Assembly (NCBI RefSeq): GCF_001194135.2
Contig: NC_069005.1
Coordinates: forward strand, 1,340,224-1,404,223
Direction of reading: 5' to 3'
Length of the DNA stretch: 64,000 nucleotides
DNA from: Octopus bimaculoides
Taxonomy: Eukaryota
Part shown: positions 61,921-64,000 of the stretch, piece by piece
Layout: each line of letters starts with the position of its first letter
Position numbering within the stretch: the first letter of the stretch is position 1
The notes under the pieces: generated by a model
The model's input: only the letters and a program-made list of their open reading frames with translations
The model's database searches: none
Told to the model about the DNA's origin: nothing
Position numbers and translations under genes: made by a program

Positions 61921-62949
61921 AGCCCCTTCAAATGTGGTCGCTGCACCACCGTCAGCAGCTGACACGATTCCTTCAGGGTGCAGGTCCATGGCCTCTCGAG
62001 ACCGACAGATGCTGACTTGGGACATATCAGCATCAAACAGGACAAAATTTGCTAACTACATGGGACACTAGCACAGACCCTTGAAACTGGGACATAGGAA
62101 GCCCATGCGCGTGCGTGCGTGTGTGTGTGTTGATTTGATGAATTAATCAGGAGACCTCCACTAATTGCTTGGACTCATCTTTTCTGCCTTCCAATCCTTT
62201 TATTTTTTTACTATCCTAGAGGCTGGTTTTTTTTTTTTTTTCAAAGAGATTAATTTTTATGATTTTAGAATTAGATTAATTTTAGTTTTCAATATTTTTA
62301 AGCAAATATCTGTTAGTTCTTCCTTTCTGCCAGATTTTTCACAAGAGAGAATCTAAATTGTCAATGCCAATCAAGAGGTTCACAAACTATTTAATATTTC
62401 ATTTTATTTAAAAATTATTCTAGAAATCGAATGAGCTCAACAATTGTAATCATTTATTCAGACATATTTCTGAAAGATGAACTTACAAGGAAGCAAAAAG
62501 AAAAAAAAAGAGAGAGAAAAAAAAGAAAAAAGCACCGAAAATTTAATTTGAAGTAAAAAAGAAAAAAAGCAATTAATTCCTTGATATTATTTTTGTACGT
62601 CAAGAGTTATTCCCCTTAGACTTTAAAGCACTTTTAACCTCGCCAGTTATTGTTAGTTTTTTTCTTCTGTTTTTCACTTTCGTTTGTTGAAATTTTTTGT
62701 TAAAACGAACGTGGTAACTTTCCACTTGAAATAAGTGAAGCAATCGTTTCACCTTTGTACTAAATTAATTAAGTCATTATTAAGGTAGTTACTGTAACAA
62801 ATAATTTAGTTACGGTGGCGAATGTGTGTTTGTACATTGTAGTCAAGCTACTCCAGTTAGTTTTGCATGAGCAGACACACATTTTATTTGTTAAGCATTT
62901 CATAAAGAAGATGGAAAATTAAATTGTAACACAGCATAGAGTCTTTTTT

Positions 62950-62995
62950 TTTAAGTATCAAGCAGCGCTGAGGGCAAGCCGGTGGAGTTTCTAGT
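62950..62995 (+). mobile_element. Possible Helitron 3' terminus
   Basis: GC-rich GCAGCGCTGAGGGCAAGCCGGTGGAGTTT followed by CTAG (62991-62994) then T. The 5' end was not identified. Confidence 0.35.
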
Positions 62996-63689
62996 AGTTA
63001 TTTGACCTGTTTTGTGTTAGAAAGCAGAGCTTTTCAGAAATATTTCATGCGTAAAATAGAAAATGTTAACTTTTCAGATTTATTACAGATCTATATATTG
63101 AGCTAACTTGTTGAATGAATTATTTATTCAGTTAATACTTTTAAATTAGGTTTATCATAGGATATGTTATGGGTTGGATTTAGAAAGACCTAGTGGGGCC
63201 CCTGGGCCAACAGTATTTGGGGGCTCCTATGATTTTGCTAATTGAATGCATAATAAGACAATAAAGAGGGTTCAGTTCAATCTAGGGGCCCTAAACAGTT
63301 TGAAATGGTTCCGAAACTTAAAAACGCCTGTGTAAATTCAGAGGGATTCAGTTAAATTTTATGGTCCTTAAAATCTAAAAAAGCCCAATAAATCAAAAGA
63401 AGGCTTGATAAATTTTTTTGTGTGGCCCATAATTGAATCTTGTTAAGGGGTTCATTACAATGAACTTGCTGTTATTTTGAGCCAGTTATTTTGAGTTAAG
63501 TAGAAGCTTTTCAACTTTTCAGAATTTTGTAATTTGATTAATTTTATTGTCTGCTAAAAACAGCAAAAATATGAAATATAAAATAAAATAACAAAAAAAT
63601 ATAGTAACATATATATATGTAACCTATATCAATTACAAAAGCATGATAACAGTGTACATACATGTGCACGTGTGTGTGCATGTATATTC

Positions 63690-63800
63690 CCCTTATGTGC
63701 ACCTTGGGTAAACATCTATTATAACCTCAGGCCAATCAATGCTTTGTGAGTGAATTTAGTAGACTGAAATTTAAACAAGGCTATGTTTGTGCGTGTGTGT
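63690..63800 (+). mobile_element. SINE family A fragment
   Basis: GCACCTTGGGTAAACATCTATTATAACCTCAGGCCAATCAATGCTTTGTGAGTGAATTTAGTAGACTGAAAT. Confidence 0.75.
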
Positions 63801-64000
63801 GTGTGCGTGCGTGTGCGTGCGTGCATCTGTATGTCTGTGTGCGCACACATGTGTATATGTATCTATCTATGTATTTATATATCTTTCTACCTGTGTCCAT
63901 CTGCATATATGTGTGTGTGTGTGTATAAAAGAGGCATAAATGATGGGAGTGTTGGAGAGATGAGAGGATATCAGAGACAGAAGATAAGTTTGACAGTACA

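Noticed and set aside
60750-63000. CpG-richer stretch after the second exon, suggesting an internal promoter
   Set aside because: Largely explained by younger repeat copies (SINE C, RTE UTR, possible Helitron); no independent promoter evidence.
4304-63928. ORFs rich in YIYI, CVCV, HTHT, SLSL, PTYL or IHPS
   Set aside because: Translations of microsatellites.
1-64000. CRISPR arrays, rRNA, prokaryotic operons or viral genes
   Set aside because: No regularly spaced repeat-spacer structure, rRNA motifs or dense ORF blocks; the sequence is intron-rich animal DNA.

Overview
Repeat-rich, AT-rich eukaryotic genomic DNA from a gapped short-read assembly (12 N-runs, about 5 kb in total). It is most likely an octopod cephalopod, judged from its tRNA-headed SINE families, RTE/Dong/Penelope remnants and dense microsatellites. 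Only two protein-coding exons are well supported, both on + (38240-38657 and 60351-60573). They splice in phase (CAT G|GG GCT) across a 21.7 kb intron. The joined peptide carries PMDLS and GSLTPPDKI, the CtBP- and Groucho-binding motifs known from the N-terminus of non-pancrustacean protostome Suppressor of Hairless (Su(H)/RBPJ/CSL). The DNA-binding domain is not in the window, so the gene identity is inferred from motifs. The rest is intronic or intergenic: three tRNA-derived SINE families (A, B, C; my labels), RTE LINE fragments and RTE-tailed elements, two Dong/R4-type RLE LINE fragments, Penelope and mariner remnants, three families of TTAA-flanked piggyBac-like MITEs, and microsatellites. 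Most notable observations: a Dong/R4-type insertion with a twin-priming-type 5' inversion (53232-53521); a 3-nt microexon or recursive-splice-like site (29777-29779); Su(H) co-repressor motifs on separate exons; repeated MITE insertion into the same internal TTAA; a telomere-repeat hairpin; and several inverted SINE pairs. I found no prokaryotic-type features (CRISPR, operons), no rRNA and no true tRNA. I cannot claim a wholly new biological system. Repeat boundaries are read by eye and are approximate.
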